64,000 bases of DNA from an uncultured Phycisphaerales bacterium (lineage in GTDB: Bacteria > Planctomycetota > Phycisphaerae > Sedimentisphaerales > Anaerobacaceae), in contig CAVYYI010000001.1 of NCBI GenBank assembly GCA_963772725.1, positions 1,152,001 through 1,216,000 of the forward strand, read 5' to 3'. Position 1 is the first letter of the stretch; every line of letters starts with the position of its first letter. Positions 11,934-22,238 of the stretch are shown piece after piece. The position numbers and the translations under genes are program-made. The notes under the pieces are model-generated. The model ran no database searches. It was not told the DNA's origin and was given only the letters and a program-made list of their open reading frames with translations.

Positions 11934-13677
11934 TTATTCTATTTCGTGGGTGACGGTTTGGAGGATTTTCTTTTCGCGGTTTAGGAGGAGGTTGCCGAGG
12001 GTTTTCAGGCTAAGGTTGTAGAAGAAGGCGATTGTCCCTAATACAACAACGGAAAAGAGGAGATTTACCGGAGCGGCGGGAGCACGCCGAGAGCGGAAAA
12101 TAACAGGCCCAGAAGAGGCGGTAGGAAAATTGGAATCATCAGCATCGGAAACATTAAATGCGTCGCAATCATAATGAGAGTCATCAAAAATGGAACTTTG
12201 GTTGGTTTTAATGACCCCTGCGCGATGCGGTAAGGGGCGAGTATGGATGAAAGATTTCCGGCTATGCTGAGCAGCAAAAAGCCCGCGGCCAATTGCATAG
12301 CGGCGGCGAGAATGACAATGGCAGAAATGTCTAAGGCGAATTTGGCGATAAGCAGGAGTGTTAAACCAATACTCATAGCTATCGGCATTATGGCGAGATT
12401 TTTGCCCATCAGGATATATTGTCGCTTCACAGGGAGCAGAACGAGTGTGCGAAATCCGTTCCTGTCGTAGCCGAACTGATTAAAAAGAAACTGGATGACG
12501 CCAAAGAACACAAACGTTATGGCTCCGGTGACTATAAAGGGTTTAGCGTTGTCGCTGATTGAAATGGTATTTCGCAGAAAAAACATTCCGCCGAAAATCA
12601 CGAGCATAATAATATTGCTTGCCATCGCAATTTTAACTTCGGGAGCCTTATCAGGCAGCGGAAAGAGACAATGGCCATGGCGGAGGCTTCCTGTGGGACG
12701 CCAGCTATGCTTATATCGCCGAGACTTCGTTTGGGAGTTGGGACTTTTTTCTTTTTGGGCCTATAGACGGATTTTTTACTGGTTGTCTGGCCTTGATAAA
12801 AACGTATGGTTGCCCGGTACGCTTTTCTCAAACCAAGCCCACCAATTAAAAACAGGCCTGCGGCACCGAGAACGGCGGGCCAGAGATTTCCCTTTGCGAG
12901 AGACATTGCTCCGCCGGCTACCCACAAAAAGGGTACAAACTTGTGTGCGGTCAATAATGTATGGGCGACAGCGGAATTATTATCGCTGCTGAACGGATTT
13001 GTCTGACCATTTGAGGGGAACTCTCTGATGGCGTGGTGTTTATTGTGTATGTTATTGCTCATAACATTGGTAAAGATATTCGGAAGCTGGCAGAGGATTA
13101 TAATCATAAATGTCATTACGGCGATAATGGCACGGCGACGCCGTTTGTTGACCATAAGCCTGATTAGCCAACCGCGAAGGCAATATGTCCAGGCGGTCGT
13201 CATAAAAATAAAGCCCAGCACCAGAGGCAGGAGCAGTATCATAAAAAAGTTTCTGCCAAGAGTCAGCCCAAGGCAGAGGCCGACCATGCCGGGCAGGAAA
13301 AAGATTATTACAGGGGTCAGATGCGAGGTGAGATAATTTATTATGAAGATGTCTCTTAGTGAGACAGGGAGATGGAGCATTTTGCCAATATCGATTGTTT
13401 CAGAACGCTGAATTTCCGCGACGATTCCGAGCATCCAAAAGAAAAGAAAGGCTCCGATAATGGCGTCCCAGATGCCGAGCATAACCCAGGGTGATGTTGT
13501 TGACATCGCGAAGGTTCCGACCAATATGCCGACAAAGCCACCCATCACGCTGGCAAAGAGGCCAATTACGGTAATAATCATCGTGATAATGGCGTTGATT
13601 TGTCCGCCGCGGAGCCATTGATTTCGTGTCAGTCGCCATCGGAGCCAGAGAATTGTCCCAAGCTGGTTCCAGTTCAT
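11934..13677 (-). CDS. ABC-2 type transporter permease, frameshifts near 12645 and 12075
   Basis: Multi-TM ORFs 12598..13677 and 12065..12625 (NQFGYDRNGF..LLPV..ILMGKN) continue to TAA at 11934; directly follows the ATPase. Confidence 0.75.
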
Positions 13678-14439
13678 TTAAGCCTCCAGCCAGCTAAGAG
13701 TCTGCCTTTCGACGTGACCGCCGCTTACGGTCTCTATGAATCTTTCTTCAAGTGAACCGGTTTGGCGGATTTCGCCCATAGTGGACTGATGCACCAGTTT
13801 GCCGCTGGCGATGATGCCGACGGCAGTGCAGAGTTTTTCAACAATCTCCAGAACGTGCGAAGTTAAGAACACAGTAGCGCCGCGGGCTACACAGAGTTTC
13901 AAAGTGTCGCGCAGCACACGAGAGGACACGGCGTCGATACCTTCGAACGGCTCATCGAGGAAAAGCAGGTCAGGGTTTGGAATCAGCGCAGCGGCCATGG
14001 TCAGTTTCTTTTTCATTCCGTGCGAATATTCGAGCGCGAGTTTTTTATCCTCGTTTTCGAGGTTCATCATTACGAGCAGTTCCTCGCAGCGGGTTTTTAC
14101 TGTCGCGGCTGGTAACTGGTACATTCGACCGATGAAAGTAAGATATTCACGGGCAGTCAGATTATCGTAGAGTGCCAGCTCTTCCGGCACCACGCCAATA
14201 CGAAGTTTAATCTCCCTGGCTTTATTGATGTCAGTCATATCGTCACCGAGGATACGCATTGTGCCGCTGGTTGGGCCGAGCAGTCCTGTGAGCATTTTAA
14301 TGGTGGTTGATTTGCCGGCACCGTTGGGGCCGAGAAAACCATAGAATGTTCCGGCTTCCACACGCAAATCGAGACCGTCAACCGCATGTAAATCGCCGAA
14401 ACAGCAAGTCAGTCCGTTGGTTTCTATGGCAAGAGTCAT
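13678..14439 (-). CDS. ABC transporter ATP-binding protein
   Basis: GPNGAGKST Walker A, YSHGMKKK signature, LFLDEP Walker B, H-loop. Confidence 0.95.
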   Translation of the reverse strand: MTLAIETNGLTCCFGDLHAVDGLDLRVEAGTFYGFLGPNGAGKSTTIKMLTGLLGPTSGTMRILGDDMTDINKAREIKLRIGVVPEELALYDNLTAREYLTFIGRMYQLPAATVKTRCEELLVMMNLENEDKKLALEYSHGMKKKLTMAAALIPNPDLLFLDEPFEGIDAVSSRVLRDTLKLCVARGATVFLTSHVLEIVEKLCTAVGIIASGKLVHQSTMGEIRQTGSLEERFIETVSGGHVERQTLSWLEA

Positions 14440-14500
14440 GATATTAAGTTTATTAGCCTAAGCTGAAAAAGCAAGAGATTTTACCCCCTTTTCGTGAAAA

Positions 14501-15043
14501 TTATGTAAAGCGTTTGTGGGGGTGGGTTTTGCGGTACCAATTTACTATGTAAAAGGTAGCCATGTAGCCTATTACGGCGACTGTGATGCCCATTAAAATA
14601 GAGCCAAGCCAAAGTTCGATACCTGCATGGTAGAGGAAAACAAAAAGGTCCTTCCAAAATTTTGTGTGGAGAAAGGCTATGATATTTCCAGATTCAAAGC
14701 TGCTGAACATATCCTTGATTTGTGAGCCAGAGAAATTATTTTCCGGATAAAAAATGCTGAGAATTTTTTTGCCGAGAAAGTAGCTTGGGTAATAGATAGG
14801 CACGATGGTGAACGGATTGCAAACCCAAACTCCGATAACAGCGATAAATTTGTTGGCTTTGAGCAAAGTACTCAGCAGCAGAGCCAAAATGATATGAAGG
14901 CCGATAAGGGGTGACCATGCTATAAAAAGACCTACGGCCATCCCCTTGGCGATGCGGTGAGGAGAATCGTTAGTGTGCAGAATCCGAAATTTTATGAATC
15001 TCTTGAACTGTTCAATTCTTGTACGGTAGACTTTTTTAATCAT
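14501..15043 (-). CDS. DUF2062 family membrane protein
   Basis: DSPHRIAKGMAVGLFIAWSP, VWVCNPFT. Confidence 0.8.
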   Translation of the reverse strand: MIKKVYRTRIEQFKRFIKFRILHTNDSPHRIAKGMAVGLFIAWSPLIGLHIILALLLSTLLKANKFIAVIGVWVCNPFTIVPIYYPSYFLGKKILSIFYPENNFSGSQIKDMFSSFESGNIIAFLHTKFWKDLFVFLYHAGIELWLGSILMGITVAVIGYMATFYIVNWYRKTHPHKRFT

Positions 15044-16080
15044 CGTTTTATTTGAGCGAGAACCTTTCTATAAACTTCGTCAAAGGTAACAGCGGCGGCG
15101 CCGTGTTTCGGGTCTTTACTCTTAATCGCATCACCCCTGTTGTACAGTCCCGCGGCGGCGATACATTCGTCTCTTTTGTATGGAGAAATCCTGAGCGGAT
15201 TAGACCAGCCGAAAATCATAACCAAAGGAACTCCCAAAGCGGCAGCGATGTGGCCGGGGCCGGTATCGTTGCTTACGACTAATTTCGCATTTTTAAGCAA
15301 GGCAACAAGTTCGGGAAGTTTCGTTGAGCCTGCGAGATTTACGATCGGTACGGCGGCGAATTTTTTTATTCTTTCCACAAGGTCATTATCCGAAGCGGTA
15401 CCAACGGCGACAATAGGGATGCGTAACTCCAAAGAAATTTTTTGGGATAAAGCGGCAAAACGTTCCGCTGGCCAGCACTTGTCAGACCAAGCCGAACTTG
15501 GAACAATAACAACATAATTGTCGGGACTTGCATTTTGATTTTGCAACAGTTTCCTGGCTGAATCCTCAGCAGCGTTGTCATGCGGAAATACAAAACTGAC
15601 GCTAATATCGGAAACGCCTGCGGATTGGGCAATTTTCAAATAATAATCGACGAGATGAACACAATCTGGGGTTTGCTCAACCTTATCTGTGTAAAAAATG
15701 GAAGCAAACTCTCTGGCTTTTGCCATTCCGTAGCGTTTTTTACAGCCTGAAAGCCATGATAAGGCGGCGGTACGGAAAAGGCCCTGCAGGTCAATTACCG
15801 CGTCAAAGTTGGAATGGCGAAGTCGTTTTATTAAGGAAAATAACTCGGTGAAGGCACGAGGGCTGCGCCAAGCGGAGGCGAGCAGTTTGCGGTCAAAAAG
15901 AATGATATCGTCAAGATAGGGGTGATTTTTAAGCAGAGGGGCAAATTCCGGCCTGACGAGCCAGGTGATTTCCGCATTTGGGAAACTTTTTCGCAAAGCG
16001 GACAATACCGGCAGCGCCAGGACAATATCGCCCAGGGCGCTGGGTTTAATGATAAGAATATTTTTTAAATCACTTTTCAT
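15040..16080 (-). CDS. LPS heptosyltransferase (GT9, WaaC/WaaF family)
   Basis: ILIIKPSALGDIVLALP, IDLQGLFRTA, VSNDTGPGHIAAALGVP. Confidence 0.92.
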   Translation of the reverse strand: MKSDLKNILIIKPSALGDIVLALPVLSALRKSFPNAEITWLVRPEFAPLLKNHPYLDDIILFDRKLLASAWRSPRAFTELFSLIKRLRHSNFDAVIDLQGLFRTAALSWLSGCKKRYGMAKAREFASIFYTDKVEQTPDCVHLVDYYLKIAQSAGVSDISVSFVFPHDNAAEDSARKLLQNQNASPDNYVVIVPSSAWSDKCWPAERFAALSQKISLELRIPIVAVGTASDNDLVERIKKFAAVPIVNLAGSTKLPELVALLKNAKLVVSNDTGPGHIAAALGVPLVMIFGWSNPLRISPYKRDECIAAAGLYNRGDAIKSKDPKHGAAAVTFDEVYRKVLAQIKR

Positions 16081-16090
16081 AAGCAAACGA

Positions 16091-16656
16091 TTGAGACCTC
16101 TGAAAAACCATGCATTTTTTACAAAACATTAATGCAATTATAATGCAATTATCAGCGGATATGATATAATGCGTCCATTCAATAGTCAATTTTATTGCAT
16201 GGAGGCAATGGATGCAAAGATTATGGAACGCACAAGCAACCAACCAACATTTTTCGACAGTTTAACTTGCGATCTCGGCGGTCGTCGCGCTGCTCAATTT
16301 TTTCAAAAATGCGACCAGCTTATACCATGGAACGAGCTTGCCGAGTCGTTAAGGGATATGTACAAGAACAACACCGACAAGAGTGGGGCATCAAATTATC
16401 CACTTGTAATGATGATAAAATGCATAATGCTGCAGAGGTGGTTTAATCTTTCCGACCCTATGCTCGAAGAGATGCTCTGTGACCGGATAACGGACAAAGC
16501 CGACGATGAGTCCACAAAAAGATATACCAAAGGCATAAAAGAATCCTTTGGTAAGGCGAGAAAACAATTTTTGCGGTGTATCGAAATAATTTTTCGAAGC
16601 ACTTCAGGCAAAAATATATGAGAATAATAAAATGTGAGGTTTTTCAGAGGTCTCAA
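16091..16656 (+). mobile_element. Internally deleted IS5-family element (MITE-like)
   Basis: Perfect 19-bp terminal inverted repeats TTGAGACCTCTGAAAAACC (16091-16109) and GGTTTTTCAGAGGTCTCAA (16638-16656) around a transposase remnant. Confidence 0.88.
16223..16621 (+). pseudogene. IS5-family transposase remnant
   Basis: N-terminal motif YPLVMMIKCIMLQRWFNLSDPMLEEMLCDR fused to TDKAD (ADKAY-like); most of the DDE core is absent. Confidence 0.8.
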
Positions 16657-16751
16657 GTATCAATAATCAATTCAAAAGTATCTATTCGTGAATTCGTGGT
16701 TAATTTTGAATCTTGACTAAATGCCGCTGATAGCTTAATATGGCTTTTGAT

Positions 16752-16835
16752 GCGGATGTGGCGGAATTGGCAGACGCGCAGGCTTCAGGTGCCTGTGGGC
16801 TTACGCTCTTGGAGGTTCGACTCCTCTCATCCGCA
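16752..16835 (+). tRNA. tRNA-Leu (anticodon CAG)
   Basis: GCGGATG/CATCCGC acceptor stem, TGGCGGAATTGGCAGACGC D-arm, CAGGC-TTCAGGT-GCCTG anticodon arm, long variable arm, GGTTCGACTCC T-arm; CCA not encoded. Confidence 0.96.
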
Positions 16836-17005
16836 TTTGATTTAATCGCCCTGCTTTTTGGGTAAAAGTGGTTTTTCAGCGGATTATTCAATATTTAATT
16901 ATAAATCAATCTTTGACTTTAACGAAAAGAGGCTTTGCAGGCCGATAATTAATAAATGGAAAGTATGCGCTGATTTTTATAAATGTAATCCGTATTTGGG
17001 AAATT

Positions 17006-17770
17006 ATGCTTAAAATATTGCAGGATTTTGAGGCGGCGTCATCACATTATGATGCCGCGATTCTTGTCTGGCTTGGACTGATTTTGGTCGCGGCGGGACT
17101 TTTTGTCTGGCTCGGCGGGTTGGGCCTTAAAAGGATTTTAGCGGCGGTAATTGGAGCGATAATCGGCGGGATTTGCGGATTCCTGATTAACAGCAACAGT
17201 ATCGCTGTCGCCGGTGTTTCCGTGGTTATTGGTGCGGTGACAGCTGGTTTTTTCAGCAAGATATTTATTACACTGGCAGGTGTGTTTTTAATAACAGCTC
17301 TGGGGATAATTATTTTGACAGGAGTTACCAATAAATCCGCACAGGCACATACTTCAGTAAAATCCAGCGAGATGCTGAACATGAGTCAAACAATTGAAAG
17401 CGTAAAACAATACGCTGAAGATTTGGCAGCTAAAGCAAAAAAGACCTGTTTGGAGCTGCCGCCCTACCAATGGGCCATAATTATAATATCGGCGACAATT
17501 TTTTTGATAGCGGCGATTTTCGTTTCGAGTCTGACATCGGCATTGTGCTGTGCCGCGATGGGAAGTATTCTTATTTTCAGCGGTATGATGCTACTGCTCC
17601 TATACAAAGGCTCAAATCCGATAAGCCAAATTATTGATAAGCAGTCATATTACGGCACCGTTTTGGCAGCGATGACCGGATTTGGCATGGTGAGCCAATT
17701 AATATTCTGTCACCATCCTGAGAAAAAACTGAAAATAAAAAAAGTTACTGGTAAAGATAAGGAAAGTTAA
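17006..17770 (+). CDS. Gly-rich multi-pass membrane protein (DUF4203-like)
   Basis: About 7 TM segments, GLFVWLGG motif; similar pattern to the next gene. Confidence 0.6.
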   Translation: MLKILQDFEAASSHYDAAILVWLGLILVAAGLFVWLGGLGLKRILAAVIGAIIGGICGFLINSNSIAVAGVSVVIGAVTAGFFSKIFITLAGVFLITALGIIILTGVTNKSAQAHTSVKSSEMLNMSQTIESVKQYAEDLAAKAKKTCLELPPYQWAIIIISATIFLIAAIFVSSLTSALCCAAMGSILIFSGMMLLLLYKGSNPISQIIDKQSYYGTVLAAMTGFGMVSQLIFCHHPEKKLKIKKVTGKDKES

Positions 17771-17783
17771 GGAGAAATATTCG

Positions 17784-18473
17784 ATGGACAGTCTTATACT
17801 TCTGGCCCAGGCAGTTGAAACAGCGGGCAAAACCGCATCCAACGTTAATGGCGCTATGGTGCCTATGGACAAAATCTGGGAACATATTACAAGGCTTGGC
17901 GTCCTTGAGGCGCTGACGTTTATGTCTTTCGGCACAGTTTGCCTTTTCTACGGTTGGCGAGTTTTCAAGCTGCTTGTGGTAATCAGTTTTGCGATGTTCG
18001 GACTGATTATCGGAATGTTAATAAGCCAGAGAGTAGGAGTAAGCAACAATCCGATTCTGCCGATACTTGTCGCCATTGTGCTTGGGGTAGTATCAATTCC
18101 GCTGACACGATGGGGAGTAAGTATTCTGGGCGCAATGGCTGGCGGCATAATTACCGCAGGTTTATGGTATGCATTAAAACTGCCTGAACAGTATATCTGG
18201 GCAGGTGCGCTGGTAGGAGTCGTCGCGGGCGGTATGATTTCGTTTATTGTTTTCAGGATTGCGGTTATGCTTTTTTCGAGTCTTGGCGGCAGCGCATTAA
18301 TAGTAACCGGCGTATTAGCGATTCTGTATCATTATGGTCCGACAAAAGAGCAAATCCATAGCCTGTTTTTTACCACAAAATGGTTTTTGCCAGTTGCGAT
18401 TATCATCCCAACAATTTTCGGTATCTGGCTGCAAAATAAGCTGATTAAAGGCGCACAAAGCTGGAGCATATAG
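17784..18473 (+). CDS. DUF4203-like membrane protein
   Basis: CLFYGWRVFK, FSSLGGSALIVTG, GIWLQ motifs; AGGAG RBS. Confidence 0.7.
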   Translation: MDSLILLAQAVETAGKTASNVNGAMVPMDKIWEHITRLGVLEALTFMSFGTVCLFYGWRVFKLLVVISFAMFGLIIGMLISQRVGVSNNPILPILVAIVLGVVSIPLTRWGVSILGAMAGGIITAGLWYALKLPEQYIWAGALVGVVAGGMISFIVFRIAVMLFSSLGGSALIVTGVLAILYHYGPTKEQIHSLFFTTKWFLPVAIIIPTIFGIWLQNKLIKGAQSWSI

Positions 18474-18699
18474 GAATCCCGCTGCGGAAAAACCTGCCGA
18501 ACAAATCGACAGACTAACCAATGAACCACGGTATAAAGCCGCAGGCTTTCGGATTTAATATACACCCAACAACCCAGAATCTGTTCGCTATTGTTTTTTT
18601 GCTGGAAATAAATTTGGTTTTGAGTATAGTTGTGAACTTGTTGAACGTTAGAGAATCAATTCCAAATGGTTATTTTAGAAGGAAAGCGATAGTAAAATT

Positions 18700-20087
18700 A
18701 TGGTCGAGATGAAGGGAACAAGCTGGCAGCAGCGATATAAAGCGTCAGAAATTTTTACACTTCGGTTCAGGATAAAAGACGAGCCTGAGATATTCGCGGG
18801 ATTAATGACAGGTGTAGCACAGATGGGTGCAAACATAAGCGAAATAAAACTGGCAGGCATTGAAAAAGAATACAAAATTCAGGATATTACTTTTTATCTG
18901 AAAGATAAAAAACAGTTCGAAAAGCTGCTTACAACAGTAAATAATGTATCCGGAGTCGAGGTTGTCAACGTCAGCAATGATATTCTCGAAATGCATAGGC
19001 GAGGAGCGATTGAGATAGTCAGCAGAGTACCAATCAGAAGTTTAACAGACCTGCGAATACTATATACCCCCGGCGTGGCGATGGCGTGCCAGGAAATCGA
19101 AAAAGACCCAACTACAAAGTGGCAGTGGACAGGTCTTTGCGACAGGGTCGCGGTAATTACAAACGGAACGGCGGTTCTGGGACTCGGCGATATCGGAGTT
19201 GTGCCTTCGCTGCCGGTAATGGAGGGTAAAGCGGCCATCTTCGCGGAGTTTGCGCAGTATCGGCAGCTTTCCCATTCTCGTTGACACTAAGGACGTGGAC
19301 ACCTTCGTGGAAACAGTTGAGCATATCGCGCCGAGTTTCGGGGCGATTCAGCTTGAGGATGTAGCGGCTCCTGAATGTTTTGATATAGAGGACAAATTAA
19401 AGGCTCGAACTTAATATCCCCGTGATGCACGATGACCAGCACGGAACGGCGACGGTTGTGCTGGCTACATTGATAAACGCGATTAAAAAGACAAAAAGAA
19501 AGAAAGAAAAATGTTCAGTTCTGATGCTGGGCACCGGCGCAGCAGGTATTGCCATTACAAAAATACTGCTCGAATTCGGCATCGGCGATATTGTCGTTTA
19601 TGATTCGTTTGGGCCCATATATCGCGGCAGAACAGAAAAAATGAACCCGTACAAAACGGATTTGGCAAAGATTACAAATAAAAACAATGAAAAGGCTGGT
19701 TTGAAAGAAGGTTTCGCCGGCAAAGATATTTTCATCGGCGTTTCCCGTCCGAATATGGTCAATAAAGAGATGGTCGCGTCGATGGCAAAAGAGGCGATTG
19801 TGCTGCCTTTGAGTAATCCTGTCGGCGAGATAAGCAAGGAAGAGGCCGTCGAGGCGGGCGCGGCAATTACTGCGGATGGCAGAGATATAAATAACGCGAT
19901 TGCGTATCCGGGCTTGTTCAGAGGCGCACTCGATGCAAGGGCGACACAAATTACCCGCAGGATGCAGTTGGCCGCCGCCGCGAAGATAGCCGAACTTGCG
20001 CCGGCTGGAGCGTTGCTGCCTGATATGCTGGATAGAGAAGTACATAAGAGCGTAGCACAGGCGGTAGCCGGAGCCTGGCGGGGTTAG
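18700..20087 (+). CDS. NAD(P)-dependent malic enzyme with N-terminal ACT-like domain, frameshifts near 19255 and 19410
   Basis: YTPGVA, NGTAVLGLGDIG, PVMEGKA, IQLEDVAAPECF (intermediate frame), HDDQHGTA, GTGAAG, INNAIAYPGLFRGALD. Confidence 0.9.
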
Positions 20088-20099
20088 GAAACCGCAAGA

Positions 20100-20867
20100 T
20101 TATTGTATATCTTCATATTGCAAAGTGTTGGGATACACAATTGCGGAGAGTAGTGCCATATCATATAATCGCCATGACCATCGCGAATCGTAAGCGTTGG
20201 TTTCGAGCGGCTGTTCAAATGTAACTATCGGGATGCTGAGAGTTTCGCCCGCGTAGGCTCCGAGTGAGCCGGGGAATGTGCCATATTTACGCAGCGGCAG
20301 GAGTGAAAAGTCTGCGATTCGTCCGGCCAATTCCTGAGCCGGACCGTCATAATCAACCCAGCCAACGTCTGGATGCGAGGGCTGATGAAGGCTTATTATG
20401 CGGATGGGTTTATATTGTCGAATAAGATTGTCAATAATTTGTGTTTCCGGTTCAGAAAGAGGCGTAAGACCATATTCGGCGTTATTGGTGCGATTGACGG
20501 CTGGAAAATTGCGGTTAATATCTACACCGTTCGCATTGAAACGGGTATTCAACGCCACACCATCGGGATTAACGACAGGCACAAGCACGACTTTACGCCC
20601 TTCGAGAAAGCCCGGGTGTTCTCGCAGGTAATCGGCCATTTTATAAAGCAGCGGCGTGCCGGCCGGTTCATTACCGTGTATTGCCGCGATAAATAGAATC
20701 GCATCAGAACCAGTTCCAACAACATAATATTTTATCGGTCTGTTCTGAACGGATTTACCGGCAGTATAACAAGATAGAGGCGGTTTTGTCTGAAAAACCT
20801 GTAAAGGCCCAGCACAACCTGTCAGAAACAGGCCGCCGACAAACATTACTATAATTATTTTTTTCAT
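20100..20867 (-). CDS. M14 zinc carboxypeptidase lipoprotein (murein peptide amidase A-like)
   Basis: Lipobox LTGC; IHGNE, NPDG, RFNANGVDINRNF, SEPET, ISLH. Confidence 0.88.
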   Translation of the reverse strand: MKKIIIVMFVGGLFLTGCAGPLQVFQTKPPLSCYTAGKSVQNRPIKYYVVGTGSDAILFIAAIHGNEPAGTPLLYKMADYLREHPGFLEGRKVVLVPVVNPDGVALNTRFNANGVDINRNFPAVNRTNNAEYGLTPLSEPETQIIDNLIRQYKPIRIISLHQPSHPDVGWVDYDGPAQELAGRIADFSLLPLRKYGTFPGSLGAYAGETLSIPIVTFEQPLETNAYDSRWSWRLYDMALLSAIVYPNTLQYEDIQ

Positions 20868-21024
20868 AATCGTCTCACGGCAAACCAGAAAAGAGCATTG
20901 TAGAATTTCGCTCGAACGGGTGCAAGACAAAAGTCAAGTGATTTTACATATAGCACATATAAGCGTTTGATGCTGACTTTTTCTGCTATATCCCAAAACC
21001 CTCATAATGGAAATATTATAATTT

Positions 21025-22062
21025 TTATAGTCCAGGAAATTTATTCAGGCTAAACAGCGTTTTGTGGAGAATCGCCTTCCCTGGAAGCACTACAAAATAC
21101 CGTCGAATATACAGAAGATATGCCAGAACAACAATAAACCAGAAAATAAAAAGCCAGATCATAATAGAGCCAGATGCCGTACTATACTGCTTCATCATCT
21201 CCATCTGCTGTTTGGGTAAATTCATCTTTTCATAAAAGTCCAGCATACTCACACGCGAAAATGTAATAATTGTAGATAGAAGCCAGAAAATATTCACCAG
21301 AAGAACGCACCACCACGCTTTTATATCGAGTTTGTACATACCCCACGTAATATAAGCCAAAACCAGAATCCAAAATAATGCTACGATTGCTCCAGGTACC
21401 CCACTAATAATAGTTCCAAAAAATGGAAGAGTCCACCTCTGTCCCCAAAGAAAGAGCAGAGAAACTGCCCAGAATACGCAAACCATACTCATAGCGAGAA
21501 CTGGCAAGGGGCATTTGTCTGTCCAGCGGACATGAGGGTCCCTATACTCACATGTCGCCTTTACATTTCTCCCTTTATAGCAAAGAACAAACAAAGCCGG
21601 AATGATAACGTAAATCACCGCCATAAACGCCAACATAACAAACTTCATAATTACGGCCGCGTTTTCAGAAATTTTGCCGCTCTGCCCCATCTGCTCGTAG
21701 ATATTAGGTAAAAACTTAAGCATAAAAACAAAAGCACCCGTCCCACCGATAAGCCAGAACCATGAGGCAATCAATATAAGCGCCCTTGCCCACCGTCGAG
21801 TCATTATCGAACCAATTCCCATCCAGATAAACCAAACCGCCATCAGCAAATAAAGCAGCATTCCCGGAATCATCATTCTAACGTTGACCTTCTCCGCAGC
21901 ATCCTGCCCCGCCGCAGCCGATGCTATCATGCCCAACATCATAAGAGGCGCTATTAAAGCGCAAAAGCCGCCGAAGATTATTTGAAGAACTCCCAATACG
22001 ACAAGTCTTACTTTTGTGTCCTTAAAATCTGTACTTTGTGCTGATTCTGCATACTCTGCCAT
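21025..22062 (-). CDS. Hypothetical multi-pass membrane protein
   Basis: 345-aa ORF with about 8 TM segments; GGAG RBS. Confidence 0.75.
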   Translation of the reverse strand: MAEYAESAQSTDFKDTKVRLVVLGVLQIIFGGFCALIAPLMMLGMIASAAAGQDAAEKVNVRMMIPGMLLYLLMAVWFIWMGIGSIMTRRWARALILIASWFWLIGGTGAFVFMLKFLPNIYEQMGQSGKISENAAVIMKFVMLAFMAVIYVIIPALFVLCYKGRNVKATCEYRDPHVRWTDKCPLPVLAMSMVCVFWAVSLLFLWGQRWTLPFFGTIISGVPGAIVALFWILVLAYITWGMYKLDIKAWWCVLLVNIFWLLSTIITFSRVSMLDFYEKMNLPKQQMEMMKQYSTASGSIMIWLFIFWFIVVLAYLLYIRRYFVVLPGKAILHKTLFSLNKFPGL

Positions 22063-22142
22063 TTTTCATTTCTCCCAATTTCAAAAATCTGTTTAACCAA
22101 TATTTTTTATTTTCAACCACAATAGCGTTATTAGCAAGTGAA

Positions 22143-22174
22143 ATCCTTTATGATCCTTTATGATCCTTTATGAT
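22143..22174. repeat. 10-bp tandem repeat ATCCTTTATG x3
   Basis: Read directly from sequence. Confidence 0.85.
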
Positions 22175-22178
22175 TCAC

Positions 22179-22209
22179 TAAAAAAAACCGGGCAAAATGA
22201 CATGCCCGG
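22179..22209 (-). terminator. Rho-independent terminator after the anti-sigma gene
   Basis: CCGGGCA/TGCCCGG stem with an A-run on the + strand 5' side. Confidence 0.75.
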
Positions 22210-22238
22210 CCTTTGTTTTATTGCGACATTGTTTTGTT

